A stretch of 64,000 bases of DNA from Patiria miniata (lineage: Eukaryota): the NCBI RefSeq assembly GCF_015706575.1, contig NW_024037060.1, positions 945,983 through 1,009,982 on the forward strand, written 5' to 3'. Under the pieces are notes generated by a model. It did no database searches. It worked only from the letters and a program-made list of their open reading frames with translations, and was not told the origin of the DNA. The position numbers were made by a program, and so were the translations under genes. Shown one piece after another: positions 25,301 through 40,300 of the stretch (its first letter is position 1; every line of letters begins with the position of its first letter).

Positions 25301-28300
25301 GTTATGACAGTGGAGGCGAGATCCTCTGTTGAAGATTCCAGAGTTGTAACAGATTTCTCGTTGTCTCGAAAACTGTTGTTACATCTGCTTGAGATGTAGG
25401 ATACAATGTAGTGTCTTCCTCCTCTGTTGTAGTGCAATATTTGTCGTTTGTGCCTCTGTTGTCGGTTCAAGGGTTGATGGAATGAGACTTGTAGCATCCT
25501 GATTCGTGGTAGCCACCTCTGTCGACGCTTCTTTGGATGTTACCGGATTGGCCGTAGTACCAACCTCCGTAGTGCCTTCTATCGTGGATAACAAGTCTGG
25601 TGTTGTTTGATCGATACTAGTTGCTGCTTGTTCAGTGCTTGTTATGACAGTGGAGGCGAGATCCTCTGTTGAAGATTCCAGAGTTGTAACATCCGTTGTC
25701 TCGAAAACAGTTGTAACAGCTGCTTGAGATGTAGGATACAATGTAGTGCCTTCCTCCTCTGTTGTAAGTGGAATATTTGTCGTTTGTGCCTCTGTTGTCG
25801 GTTCAAGGGTTGATGGAATGATACTTGTAGCATCCTGATTCGTGGTAGCCACCTCTGTTGACGCTTCTTTGGATGTTGCCTGATTGGTCGTACTACCAAC
25901 CTCCGTAGTGGGCTCTATCGTGGATAATAAGTCTGGTGTTGTTTTATCGATTGTAGTTGCTGCTTGTTCAGTGCTTGTTATGACAGTGGAGGTGAGATCC
26001 TCTGTTGAAGATTCCAGAGTTGTAACATCCGTTGTCTCGAAAACAGTTGTTACAGCTGCTTGAGATGTAGGATACAATGTAGTGCCTTCCTTCTCTGTTG
26101 TAAGTGGAATATTTGTCGTTTGTGCCTCTGTTGTCGGTTCAAGGGTTGATGGAATGATACTTGTAGCATCCTGATTCGTGGTAGCCACCTCTGTTGACGC
26201 TTCTTTGGAAGTTACCGGATTGGCCGTAGTACCAACCTCCGTAGTGCCTCCTGCTGTGGATAACAAGTCTTGTGTTGTTTGATCGATAGTAGTTGCTTCT
26301 TGTTCAGTGCTTGTTATGACAGTGGAGGCGAGATCCTCTGTTGAAGATTCCAGAGTTGTACCAGATTTCTCCGTTGTCTCGAAAACTGTTGTTACAGCTG
26401 CTTGAGATGTAGGATACAATGTAGTGCCTTCCTTCTCTGTTGTAAGTGGAATATTTGTCGTTTGTGCCTCTGTTGTCGGTTCAAGGGTTGATGGAATGAT
26501 ACTTGTAGCATCCTGATTCGTGGTAGCCACCTCTGTTGACGCTTCTTTGGATGTTGCCTGATTGGTCGTACTACCAACCTCCGTAGTGGGCTCTATCGTG
26601 GATAACAAGTCTTGTGTTGTTTGATCGATAGTAGTTGCTGCTTGTTCAGTGCTTGTTATGACAGTGGAGGCGAGATCCTCTGTTGAGGATTCCAGAGTTG
26701 TAACATCCGTTGTCTCGAAAACAGTTGTTACAGCTGCTTGAGATGTAGGATACAATGTAGTGCCTTCCTTCTCTGTTGTAAGTGGAATATTGTCGTTTGT
26801 GCCTCTGTTGTCGGTTCAAGGGTTGATGGAATGATACTTGTAGCATCCTGATTCGTGGTAGCCACCTCTGTTGACGCTTCTTTGGATGTTGCCTGATTGG
26901 TCGTACTACCAACCTCCGTAGTGGGCTCTATCGTGGATAACAAGTCTTGTGTTGTTTGATCGATACTAGTTGCTGCTTGTTCAGTGCTTGTTATGACAGT
27001 GGAGGCGAGATCCTCTGTTGAAGATTCCAGAGTTGTAACATCCGTTGTCTCGAAAACAGTTGTTACAGCTGCTTGAGATGTAGGATACAATGTAGTGCCT
27101 TCCTTCTCTGTTGTAAGTGGAATATTTGTCGTTTGTGCCTCTGTTGTCGGTTCAAGGGTTGATGGAATGATACTTGTAGCATCCTGATTCGTGGTAGCCA
27201 CCTCTGTTGACGCTTCTTTGGAAGTTACCGGATTGGCCGTAGTACCAACCTCCGTAGTGCCTCCTGCTGTGGATAACAAGTCTTGTGTTGTTTGATCGAT
27301 AGTAGTTGCTTCTTGTTCAGTGCTTGTTATGACAGTGGAGGCGAGATCCTCTGTTGAAGATTCCAGAGTTGTACCAGATTTCTCCGTTGTCTCGAAAACA
27401 GTTGTTGCATCTGCTTGAGATGTAGGATACAATGTAGTGTCTTCCTCCTCTGTTGTAGCTGCAATATAGGTCGTTTGTGCCTCAGTTGTCGGTTCAAGGG
27501 TTGATGGAATGAGACTTGTAGCATCCTGATTCGTGGTAGCCACCTCTGTTGACGCTTCTTTGGATGTTGCCTGATTGGTCGTACTACCAACCTCCGTAGT
27601 GGGCTCTATCGTGGATAACAAGTCTTGTGTTGTTTATCGATTGTAGTTGCTGCTTGTTCAGTGCTTGTTATGACAGTGGAGGTGAGATCCTCTGTTGAGG
27701 ATTCCAGAGTTGTAACATCCGTTGTCTCGAAAACAGTTGTTACAGCTGCTTGAGATGTAGGATACAATGTAGTGCCTTCCTTCTCTGTTGTAAGTGGAAT
27801 ATTTGTCGTTTGTGCCTCTGTTGTCGGTTCAAGGGTTGATGGAATGATACTTGTAGCATCCTGATTCGTGGTAGCCACCTCTGTTGACGCTTCTTTGGAT
27901 GTTGCCAGGTTGGTCGTACTACCAACCTCCGTAGTGGGCTCTATCGTGGATAATAAGTCTTGGTGTTGTTTTATCGATTGTAGTTGCTGCTTGTTCAGTG
28001 CTTGTTATGACAGTGGAGGCGAGATCCTCTGTTGAAGGTTCCAGAGTTGTAACATCCGTTGTCTCGAAAAAAGTTGTTACAGCTGCTTGAGATGTAGGAT
28101 ACAATGTAGTGCCTTCCTTCTCTGTTGTAGCTGCAATATTTGTCGTTTGTGCCTCTGTTGTCGGTTCAAGTGTTGATGGAATGATACTTGTAGCATCCTG
28201 ATTCGTGGTAGCCACCTCTGTTGACGCTTCTTTGGATGTTACTGGATTGACCGTAGTACCAACCTCCGTAGTACCTCCCACTGTGGATAACAAGTCTTGT

Positions 28301-31300
28301 GTTGTTTGATCGATTGTAGTTGCTCCTTTTTCAGTGCTTGTTATGACAGTGGAGGCGAGATCCTCTGTTGAAGGTTCCAGAGTTGTACCAGATTTCTCTG
28401 TTGTCTCGAAAACAGTTGTTACAACTGCTTTTTCCGTTGTCTCGAAAACAGTTGTTACAACTGATTGAGATGTAGGATGCAATGTAGTGTCTTCCTTCTC
28501 TGTTGAAGGTGGAATATTTGTCGTTTGTGCCTCTGTTGTCGGCTCAAGGGTTGATGGAATGATACTTGTAGCATCCTGATTCGTGGTAGCCACCTCTGTT
28601 GACGCTTCTTTGGATGTTGCCTGATTGGTCGTACTACCAACCTCCGTAGTGGGCTCTATCGTGGATAACAAGTCTTGTGTTGTTTATCGATTGTAGTTGC
28701 TGCTTGTTCAGTGCTTGTTATGACAGTGGAGGCGAGATCCTCTGTTGAAGATTCCAGAGTTGTAACATCCGTTGTCTCGAAAACAGTTGTTACAGCTGCT
28801 TGAGATGTAGGATACAATGTAGTGCCTTCCTTCTCTGTTGTAAGTGGAATATTTGTCGTTTGTGCCTCTGTTGTCGGTTCAAGGGTTGATGGAATGATAC
28901 TTGTAGCATCCTGATTCGTGGTAGCCACCTCTGTTGACGCTTCTTTGGATGTTACCGGATTGGCCGTAGTACCAACCTCCGTAGTGCCTCCTGCTGTGGA
29001 TAACAAGTCTTGTGTTGTTTGATCGATTGTAGTTGCTTCTTGTTCAGTGCTTGTTATGACAGTGGAGGCGAGATCCTCTGTTGAAGATTCCAGAGTTGTA
29101 CCAGATTTCTCCGTTGTCTCGAAAACTGTTGTTGCATCTGCTTGAGATGTAGGATACAATGTAGTGTCTTCCTCCTCTGTTGTAGCTGCAATATTGGTCG
29201 TTTGTGCCTCAGTTGTCGGTTCAAGGGTTGATGGAATGAGACTTGTAGCATCCTGATTCGTGGTAGCCACCTCTGTCGACGCTTCTTTGGATGTTACCGG
29301 ATTGGCCGTAGTACCAACCTCCGTAGTGCCTCCTGCTGTGGATAACAAGTCTTGTGTTGTTTGATCGATACTAGTTGCTGCTTGTTCAGTGCTTGTTATG
29401 ACAGTGGAGGCGAGATCCTCTGTTGAAGATTCCAGAGTTGTAACATCCGTTGTCTCGAAAACAGTTGTTACAGCTGCTTGAGATGTAGGATACAATGTAG
29501 TGCCTTCCTTCTCTGTTGTAAGTGGAATATTTGTCGTTTGTGCCTCTGTTGTCGGTTCAAGGGTTGATGGAATGATACTTGTAGCATCCTGATTCGTGGT
29601 AGCCACCTCTGTTGACGCTTCTTTGGAAGTTGCCTGGTTGGTCGTACTACCAACCTCCGTAGTGGGCTCTATCGTGGATAACAAGTCTTGTGTTGTTTGA
29701 TCGATAGTAGTTGCTGCTTGTTCAGTGCTTGTTATGACAGTGGAGGCGAGATCCTCTGTTGAAGATTCCAGAGTTGTAACATCCGTTGTCTCGAAAACAG
29801 TTGTTACAGCTGCTTGAGATGTAGGATACAATGTAGTGCCTTCCTTCTCTGTTGTAAGTGGAATATTTGTCGTTTGTGCCTCTGTTGTCGGTTCAAGGGT
29901 TGATGGAATGATACTTGTAGCATCCTGATTCGTGGTAGCCACCTCTGTTGACGCTTCTTTGGAAGTTACCGGATTGGCCGTAGTACCAACCTCCGTAGTG
30001 CCTCCTGCTGTGGATAACAAGTCTTGTGTTGTTTGATCGATTGTAGTTGCTTCTTGTTCAGTGCTTGTTATGACAGTGGAGGCGAGATCCTCTGTTGAAG
30101 ATTCCAGAGTTGTACCAGATTTCTCCGTTGTCTCGAAAACTGTTGTTACAGCTGCTTGAGATGTAGGATACAATGTAGTGCCTTCCTTCTCTGTTGTAGT
30201 GGAATATTTGTCGTTTGTGCCTCTGTTGTCGGTTCAAGGGTTGATGGAATGAGACTTGTAGCATCCTGATTCGTGGTAGCCACCTCTGTCGACGCTTCTT
30301 TGGATGTTACCGGATTGGCCGTAGTACCAACCTCCGTAGTGCCTCCTGCTGTGGATAACAAGTCTTGTGTTGTTTGATCGATACTAGTTGCTGCTTGTTC
30401 AGTGCTTGTTATGACAGTGGAGGCGAGATCCTCTGTTGAAGATTCCAGAGTTGTAACATCCGTTGTCTCGAAAACAGTTGTTACAGCTGCTTGAGATGTA
30501 GGATACAATGTAGTGCCTTCCTTCTCTGTTGTAAGTGGAATATTTGTCGTTTGTGCCTCTGTTGTCGGTTCAAGGGTTGATGGAATGATACTTGTAGCAT
30601 CCTGATTCGTGGTAGCCACCTCTGTTGACGCTTCTTTGGATGTTGCCTGATTGGTCGTACTACCAACCTCCGTAGTGGGCTCTATCGTGGATAACAAGTC
30701 TTGTGTTGTTTGATCGATAGTAGTTGCTGCTTGTTCAGTGCTTGTTATGACAGTGGAGGCGAGATCCTCTGTTGAAGATTCCAGAGTTGTAACATCCGTT
30801 GTCTCGAAAACAGTTGTTACAGCTGCTTGAGATGTAGGATACAATGTAGTGCCTTCCTTCTCTGTTGTAAGTGGAATATTTGTCGTTTGTGCCTCTGTTG
30901 TCGGTTCAAGGGTTGATGGAATGATACTTGTAGCATCCTGATTCGTGGTAGCCACCTCTGTTGACGCTTCTTTGGATGTTACCGGATTGGCCGTAGTACC
31001 AACCTCCGTAGTGCCTCCTGCTGTGGATAACAAGTCTTGTGTTGTTTGATCGATAGTAGTTGCTGCTTGTTCAGTGCTTGTTATGACAGTGGAGGCGAGA
31101 TCCTCTGTTGAAGATTCCAGAGTTGTACCATCTCCGTTGTCTCGAAAACAGTTGTTACATCTGCTTGAGATGTAGGATACAATGTAGTGTCTTCCTTCTC
31201 TGTTGTAAGTGGAATATTTGTCGTTTGTGCCTCTGTTGTCGGTTCAAGGGTTGATGGAATGATACTTGTAGCATCCTGATTCGTGGTAGCCACCTCTGTT

Positions 31301-34300
31301 GACGCTTCTTTGGATGTTACCGGATTGGCCGTAGTACCAACCTCCGTAGTGCCTTCTATCGTGGATAACAAGTCTTGTGTTGTTTGATCGATAGTAGTTG
31401 CTGCTTGTTCAGTGCTTGTTATGACAGTGGAGGCGAGATCCTCTGTTGAAGATTCCAGAGTTGTAACATCCGTTGTCTCGAAAACAGTTGTTACAGCTGC
31501 TTGAGATGTAGGATACAATGTAGTGCCTTCCTTCTCTGTTGTAAGTGGAATATTTGTCGTTTGTGCCTCTGTTGTCGGTTCAAGGGTTGATGGAATGATA
31601 CTTGTAGCATCCTGATTCGTGGTAGCCACCTCTGTCGACGCTTCTTTGGATGTTACCGGATTGGCCGTAGTACCAACCTCCGTAGTGCCTCCTGCTGTGG
31701 ATAACAAGTCTTGTGTTGTTTGATCGATACTAGTTGCTGCTTGTTCAGTGCTTGTTATGACAGTGGAGGCGAGATCCTCTGTTGAAGATTCCAGAGTTGT
31801 AACATCCGTTGTCTCGAAAACAGTTGTTACAGCTGCTTGAGATGTAGGATACAATGTAGTGCCTTCCTTCTCTGTTGTAAGTGGAATATTTGTCGTTTGT
31901 GCCTCTGTTGTCGGTTCAAGGGTTGATGGAATGATACTTGTAGCATCCTGATTCGTGGTAGCCACCTCTGTTGACGCTTCTTTGGATGTTGCCTGATTGG
32001 TCGTACTACCAACCTCCGTAGTGGGCTCTATCGTGGATAACAAGTCTTGTGTTGTTTGATCGATAGTAGTTGCTGCTTGTTCAGTGCTTGTTATGACAGT
32101 GGAGGCGAGATCCTCTGTTGAAGATTCCAGAGTTGTAACATCCGTTGTCTCGAAAACAGTTGTTACAGCTGCTTGAGATGTAGGATACAATGTAGTGCCT
32201 TCCTTCTCTGTTGTAAGTGGAATATTTGTCGTTTGTGCCTCTGTTGTCGGTTCAAGGGTTGATGGAATGATACTTGTAGCATCCTGATTCGTGGTAGCCA
32301 CCTCTGTTGACGCTTCTTTGGATGTTACCGGATTGGCCGTAGTACCAACCTCCGTAGTGCCTCCTGCTGTGGATAACAAGTCTTGTGTTGTTTGATCGAT
32401 TGTAGTTGCTTCTTGTTCAGTGCTTGTTATGACAGTGGAGGCGAGATCCTCTGTTGAAGATTCCAGAGTTGTACCAGATCTCGTTGTCTCGAAAACAGTT
32501 GTTACAGCTGCTTGAGATGTAGGATACAATGTAGTGCCTTCCTTCTCTGTTGTAGTGGAATATTTGTCGTTTGTGCCTCTGTTGTCGGTTCAAGGGTTGA
32601 TGGAATGAGACTTGTAGCATCCTGATTCGTGGTAGCCACCTCTGTCGACGCTTCTTTGGATGTTACCGGATTGGCCGTAGTACCAACCTCCGTAGTGCCT
32701 CCTGCTGTGGATAACAAGTCTTGTGTTGTTTGATCGATACTAGTTGCTGCTTGTTCAGTGCTTGTTATGACAGTGGAGGCGAGATCCTCTGTTGAAGATT
32801 CCAGAGTTGTAACATCCGTTGTCTCGAAAACAGTTGTTACAGCTGCTTGAGATGTAGGATACAATGTAGTGCCTTCCTTCTCTGTTGTAAGTGGAATATT
32901 TGTCGTTTGTGCCTCTGTTGTCGGTTCAAGGGTTGATGGAATGATACTTGTAGCATCCTGATTCGTGGTAGCCACCTCTGTTGACGCTTCTTTGGATGTT
33001 GCCTGGTTGGTCGTACTACCAACCTCCGTAGTGGGCTCTATCGTGGATAACAAGTCTTGTGTTGTTTGATCGATTGTAGTTGCTGCTTGTTCAGTGCTTG
33101 TTATGACAGTGGAGGCGAGATCCTCTGTTGAGGATTCCAGAGTTGTAACATCCGTTGTCTCGAAAACAGTTGTTACAGCTGCTTGAGATGTAGGATACAA
33201 TGTAGTGCCTTCCTTCTCTGTTGTAAGTGGAATATTTGTCGTTTGTGCCTCTGTTGTCGGTTCAAGGGTTGATGGAATGATACTTGTAGCATCCTGATTC
33301 GTGGTAGCCACCTCTGTTGACGCTTCTTTGGATGTTACCGGATTGGCCGTAGTACCAACCTCCGTAGTGCCTCTGCTGTGGATAACAAGTCTTGTGTTGT
33401 TTGATCGATAGTAGTTGCTTCTTGTTCAGTGCTTGTTATGACAGTGGAGGCGAGATCCTCTGTTGAAGATTCCAGAGTTGTACCATCTCCGTTGTCTCGA
33501 AAACAGTTGTTACATCTGCTTGAGATGTAGGATACAATGTAGTGTCTTCCTTCTCTGTTGTAAGTGGAATATTTGTCGTTTGTGCCTCTGTTGTCGGTTC
33601 AAGGGTTGATGGAATGAGACTTGTAGCATCCTGATTCGTGGTAGCCACCTCTGTCGACGCTTCTTTGGATGTTACCGGATTGGCCGTAGTACCAACCTCC
33701 GTAGTGCCTCCTGCTGTGGATAACAAGTCTTGTGTTGTTTGATCGATACTAGTTGCTGCTTGTTCAGTGCTTGTTATGACAGTGGAGGCGAGATCCTCTG
33801 TTGAAGATTCCAGAGTTGTAACATCCGTTGTCTCGAAAACAGTTGTTACAGCTGCTTGAGATGTAGGATACAATGTAGTGCCTTCCTTCTCTGTTGTAAG
33901 TGGAATATTTGTCGTTTGTGCCTCTGTTGTCGGTTCAAGGGTTGATGGAATGATACTTGTAGCATCCTGATTCGTGGTAGCCACCTCTGTTGACGCTTCT
34001 TTGGATGTTGCCTGATTGGTCGTACTACCAACCTCCGTAGTGGGCTCTATCGTGGATAACAAGTCTTGTGTTGTTTTATCGATTGTAGTTGCTGCTTGTT
34101 CAGTGCTTGTTATGACAGTGGAGGCGAGATCCTCTGTTGAAGATTCCAGAGTTGTACCAGATTTCTCCGTTGTCTCGAAAACTGTTGTTGCATCTGCTTG
34201 AGATGTAGGATACAATGTAGTGTCTTCCTCCTCTGTTGTAGCTGCAATATTGGTCGTTTGTGCCTCAGTTGTCGGTTCAAGGGTTGATGGAATGAGACTT

Positions 34301-37300
34301 GTAGCATCCTGATTCGTGGTAGCCACCTCTGTCGACGCTTCTTTGGATGTTACCGGATTGGCCGTAGTACCAACCTCCGTAGTGCCTCCTGCTGTGGATA
34401 ACAAGTCTTGTGTTGTTTGATCGATACTAGTTGCTGCTTGTTCAGTGCTTGTTATGACAGTGGAGGCGAGATCCTCTGTTGAAGATTCCAGAGTTGTAAC
34501 ATCCGTTGTCTCGAAAACAGTTGTTACAGCTGCTTGAGATGTAGGATACAATGTAGTGCCTTCCTTCTCTGTTGTAAGTGGAATATTTGTCGTTTGTGCC
34601 TCTGTTGTCGGTTCAAGGGTTGATGGAATGATACTTGTAGCATCCTGATTCGTGGTAGCCACCTCTGTTGACGCTTCTTTGGATGTTGCCTGATTGGCCG
34701 TACTACCAACCTCCGTAGTGGGCTCTATCGTGGATAACAAGTCTTGTGTTGTTTGATCGATAGTAGTTGCTGCTTGTTCAGTGCTTGTTATGACAGTGGA
34801 GGCGAGATCCTCTGTTGAAGATTCCAGAGTTGTAACATCCGTTGTCTCGAAAACAGTTGTTACAGCTGCTTGAGATGTAGGATACAATGTAGTGCCTTCC
34901 TTCTCTGTTGTAAGTGGAATATTTGTCGTTTGTGCCTCTGTTGTCGGTTCAAGGGTTGATGGAATGATACTTGTAGCATCCTGATTCGTGGTAGCCACCT
35001 CTGTTGACGCTTCTTTGGAAGTTACCGGATTGGCCGTAGTACCAACCTCCGTAGTGCCTCCTGCTGTGGATAACAAGTCTTGTGTTGTTTGATCGATAGT
35101 AGTTGCTTCTTGTTCAGTGCTTGTTATGACAGTGGAGGCGAGATCCTCTGTTGAAGATTCCAGAGTTGTACCAGATTTCTCCGTTGTCTCGAAAACAGTT
35201 GTTGCATCTGCTTGAGATGTAGGATACAATGTAGTGTCTTCCTCCTCTGTTGTAGCTGCAATATTGGTCGTTTGTGCCTCAGTTGTCGGTTCAAGGGTTG
35301 ATGGAATGAGACTTGTAGCATCCTGATTCGTGGTAGCCACCTCTGTTGACGCTTCTTTGGATGTTACCGGATTGGCCGTAGTACCAACCTCCGTAGTGCC
35401 TCCTGCTGTGGATAACAAGTCTTGTGTTGTTTGATCGATTGTAGTTGCTGCTTGTTCAGTGCTTGTTATGACAGTGGAGGCGAGATCCTCTGTTGAGGAT
35501 TCCAGAGTTGTAACATCCGTTGTCTCGAAAACAGTTGTTACAGCTGCTTGAGATGTAGGATACAATGTAGTGCCTTCCTTCTCTGTTGTAAGTGGAATAT
35601 TTGTCGTTTGTGCCTCTGTTGTCGGTTCAAGGGTTGATGGAATGATACTTGTAGCATCCTGATTCGTGGTAGCCACCTCTGTTGACGCTTCTTTGGATGT
35701 TGCCGGATTGGTCGTACTACCAACCTCCGTAGTGGGCTCTATCGTGGATAACAAGTCTTGTGTTGTTTTATCGATTGTAGTTGCTGCTTGTTCAGTGCTT
35801 GTTATGACAGTGGAGGCGAGATCCTCTGTTGAAGATTCCAGAGTTGTAACATCCGTTGTCTCGAAAACAGTTGTTACAGCTGCTTGAGATGTAGGATACA
35901 ATGTAGTGCCTTCCTTCTCTGTTGTAAGTGGAATATTTGTCGTTTGTGCCTCTGTTGTCGGTTCAAGGGTTGATGGAATGATACTTGTAGCATCCTGATT
36001 CGTGGTAGCCACCTCTGTCGACGCTTCTTTGGATGTTACTGGATTGGCCGTAGTACCAACCTCCGTAGTGCCTCTACTGTGGATAACAAGTCTTGTGTTG
36101 TTTGATCGATTGTAGTTGCTGCTTGTTCAGTGCTTGTTATGACAGTGGAGGCGAGATCCTCTGTTGAAGATTCCAGAGTTGTAACATCCGTTGTCTCGAA
36201 AACAGTTGTTACAGCTGCTTGAGATGTAGGATACAATGTAGTGCCTTCCTTCTCTGTTGTAAGTGGAATATTTGTCGTTTGTGCCTCTGTTGTCGGTTCA
36301 AGGGTTGATGGAATGATACTTGTAGCATCCTGATTCGTGGTAGCCACCTCTGTTGACGCTTCTTTGGATGTTGCCTGATTGGTCGTACTACCAACCTCCG
36401 TAGTGGGCTCTATCGTGGATAACAAGTCTTGTGTTGTTTGATCGATAGTAGTTGCTGCTTGTTCAGTGCTTGTTATGACAGTGGAGGCGAGATCCTCTGT
36501 TGAGGATTCCAGAGTTGTAACATCCGTTGTCTCGAAAACAGTTGTTACAGCTGCTTGAGATGTAGGATACAATGTAGTGCCTTCCTTCTCTGTTGTAAGT
36601 GGAATATTTGTCGTTTGTGCCTCTGTTGTCGGTTCAAGGGTTGATGGAATGATACTTGTAGCATCCTGATTCGTGGTAGCCACCTCTGTTGACGCTTCTT
36701 TGGAAGTTACCGGATTGGCCGTAGTACCAACCTCCGTAGTGCCTCCTGCTGTGGATAACAAGTCTTGTGTTGTTTGATCGATAGTAGTTGCTTCTTGTTC
36801 AGTGCTTGTTATGACAGTGGAGGCGAGATCCTCTGTTGAAGATTCCAGAGTTGTACCAGATTTCTCCGTTGTCTCGAAAACAGTTGTTGCATCTGCTTGA
36901 GATGTAGGATACAATGTAGTGTCTTCCTCCTCTGTTGTAGCTGCAATATTTGTCGTTTGTGCCTCAGTTGTCGGTTCAAGGGTTGATGGAATGAGACTTG
37001 TAGCATCCTGATTCGTGGTAGCCACCTCTGTCGACGCTTCTTTGGATGTTACCGGATTGGCCGTAGTACCAACCTCCGTAGTGCCTCCTGCTGTGGATAA
37101 CAAGTCTTGTGTTGTTTGATCGATTGTAGTTGCTGCTTGTTCAGTGCTTGTTATGACAGTGGAGGCGAGATCCTCTGTTGAAGATTCCAGAGTTGTAACA
37201 TCCGTTGTCTCGAAAACAGTTGTTACAGCTGCTTGAGATGTAGGATACAATGTAGTGCCTTCCTTCTCTGTTGTAAGTGGAATATTTGTCGTTTGTGCCT

Positions 37301-40300
37301 CTGTTGTCGGTTCAAGGGTTGATGGAATGATACTTGTAGCATCCTGATTCGTGGTAGCCACCTCTGTTGACGCTTCTTTGGATGTTGCCAGATTGGTCGT
37401 ACTACCAACCTCCGTAGTGGGCTCTATCGTGGATAACAAGTCTGTGTTGTTTTATCGATTGTAGTTGCTGCTTGTTCAGTGCTTGTTATGACAGTGGAGG
37501 CGAGATCCTCTGTTGAAGATTCCAGAGTTGTAACATCCGTTGTCTCGAAAACAGTTGTTACAGCTGCTTGAGATGTAGGATACAATGTAGTGCCTTCCTT
37601 CTCTGTTGTAGTGGAATATTTGTCGTTTGTGCCTCTGTTGTCGGTTCAAGGGTTGATGGAATGATACTTGTAGCATCCTGATTCGTGGTAGCCACCTCTG
37701 TCGACGCTTCTTTGGATGTTACTGGATTGACCGTAGTACCAACCTCCGTAGTGCCTCCTACTGTGGATAACAAGTCTTGTGTTGTTTGATCGATTGTAGT
37801 TGCTGCTTGTTCAGTGCTTGTTATGACAGTGGAGGCGAGATCCTCTGTTGAAGGTTCCAGAGTTGTAACATCCGTTGTCTCGAAAACAGTTGTTACAGCT
37901 GCTTGAGATGTAGGATACAATGTAGTGCCTTCCTTCTCTGTTGTAAGTGGAATATTTGTCGTTTGTGCCTCTGTTGTCGGTTCAAGGGTTGATGGAATGA
38001 TACTTGTAGCATCCTGATTCGTGGTAGCCACCTCTGTTGACGCTTCTTTGGATGTTGCCTGATTGGTCGTACTACCAACCTCCGTAGTGGGCTCTATCGT
38101 GGATAACAAGTCTGGTGTTGTTTTATCGATTGTAGTTGCTGCTTGTTCAGTGCTTGTTATGACAGTGGAGGCGAGATCCTCTGTTGAAGATTCCAGAGTT
38201 GTAACATCCGTTGTCTCGAAAACAGTTGTTACAGCTGCTTGAGATGTAGGATACAATGTAGTGCCTTCCTTCTCTGTTGTAAGTGGAATATTTGTCGTTT
38301 GTGCCTCTGTTGTCGGTTCAAGGGTTGATGGAATGATACTTGTAGCATCCTGATTCGTGGTAGCCACCTCTGTTGACGCTTCTTTGGATGTTACTGGATT
38401 GACCGTAGTACCAACCTCCGTAGTGCCTCCTACTGTGGATAACAAGTCTTGTGTTGTTTGATCGATTGTAGTTGCTCCTTGTTCAGTGCTTGTTATGACA
38501 GTGGAGGCGAGATCCTCTGTTGAAGGTTCCAGAGTTGTACCAGATTTCTCGTTGTCTCGAAAACAGTTGTTAAACTGCTTGTTGTCTCGAAAACAGTGTT
38601 ACAACTGATTGAGATGTAGGATACAATGTAGTGTCTTCTTTCTCTGTTGAAGGTGGAATATTTGTCGTTTGTGCCTCTGTTGTCGGTTCAAGGGTTGATG
38701 GAATGATACTTGTAGCATCCTGATTCGTGGTAGCCACCTCTGTTGACGCTTCTTTGGATGTTGCCTGATTGGTCGTACTACCAACCTCCGTAGTGGGCTC
38801 TATCGTGGATAACAAGTCTTGTGTTGTTTTATCGATTGTAGTTGCTGCTTGTTCAGTGCTTGTTATGACAGTGGAGGCGAGATCCTCTGTTGAAGATTCC
38901 AGAGTTGTAACATCCGTTGTCTCGAAAACAGTTGTTACAGCTGCTTGAGATGTAGGATACAATGTAGTGCCTTCCTTCTCTGTTGTAAGTGGAATATTTG
39001 TCGTTTGTGCCTCTGTTGTCGGTTCAAGGGTTGATGGAATGATACTTGTAGCATCCTGATTCGTGGTAGCCACCTCTGTTGACGCTTCTTTGGATGTTAC
39101 CGGATTGGCCGTAGTACCAACCTCCGTAGTGCCTCCTGCTGTGGATAACAAGTCTTGTGTTGTTTGATCGATTGTAGTTGCTTCTTGTTCAGTGCTTGTT
39201 ATGACAGTGGAGGCGAGATCCTCTGTTGAAGATTCCAGAGTTGTAACAGATTTCTCGTTGTCTCGAAAACAGTTGTTACAGCTGCTTGAGATGTAGGATA
39301 CAATGTAGTGTCTTCCTTCTCTGTTGTAGCTGGAATATTGTCGTTTGTGCCTCTGTTGTCGGTTCAAGGGTTGATGGAATGATACTTGTAGCATCCTGAT
39401 TCGTGGTAGCCACCTCTGTTGACGCTTCTTTGGATGTTACCTGATTGGTCGTACTACCAACCTCCGTAGTGGGCTCTATCGTGGATAACAAGTCTTGTGT
39501 TGTTTGATCGATAGTAGTTGCTGCTTGTTCAGTGCTTGTTATGACAGTGGAGGCGAGATCCTCTGTTGAAGATTCCAGAGTTGTAACATCCGTTGTCTCG
39601 AAAACAGTTGTTACAGCTGCTTGAGATGTAGGATACAATGTAGTGCCTTCCTTCTCTGTTGTAAGTGGAATATTTGTCGTTTGTGCCTCTGTTGTCGGTT
39701 CAAGGGTTGATGGAATGAGACTTGTAGCATCCTGATTCGTGGTAGCCACCTCTGTTGACGCTTCTTTGGATGTTGCCTGATTGGTCGTACTACCAACCTC
39801 CGTAGTGGGCTCTATCGTGGATAACAAGTCTTGTGTTGTTTTATCGATTGTAGTTGCTGCTTGTTCAGTGCTTGTTATGACAGTGGAGGCGAGATCCTCT
39901 GTTGAGGATTCCAGAGTTGTAACATCCGTTGTCTCGAAAACAGTTGTTACAGCTGCTTGAGATGTAGGATACAATGTAGTGCCTTCCTCTCTGTTGTAAG
40001 TGGAATATTTGTCGTTTGTGCCTCTGTTGTCGGTTCAAGGGTTGATGGAATGATACTTGTAGCATCCTGATTCGTGGTAGATACCTCTGTTGACGCTTCT
40101 TTGGAAGTTACCGATTGGCCGTAGTACCAACCTCCGTAGTGCCTCTTGCTGTGGATAACAAGTCTTGTGTTGTTTGATCGATAGTAGTTGCTTCTTGTTC
40201 AGTGCTTGTTATGACAGTGGAGGCGAGATCCTCTGTTGAAGATTCCAGAGTTGTACCAGATTTCTCCGTTGTCTCGAAAACAGTTGTTACATCTGCTTGA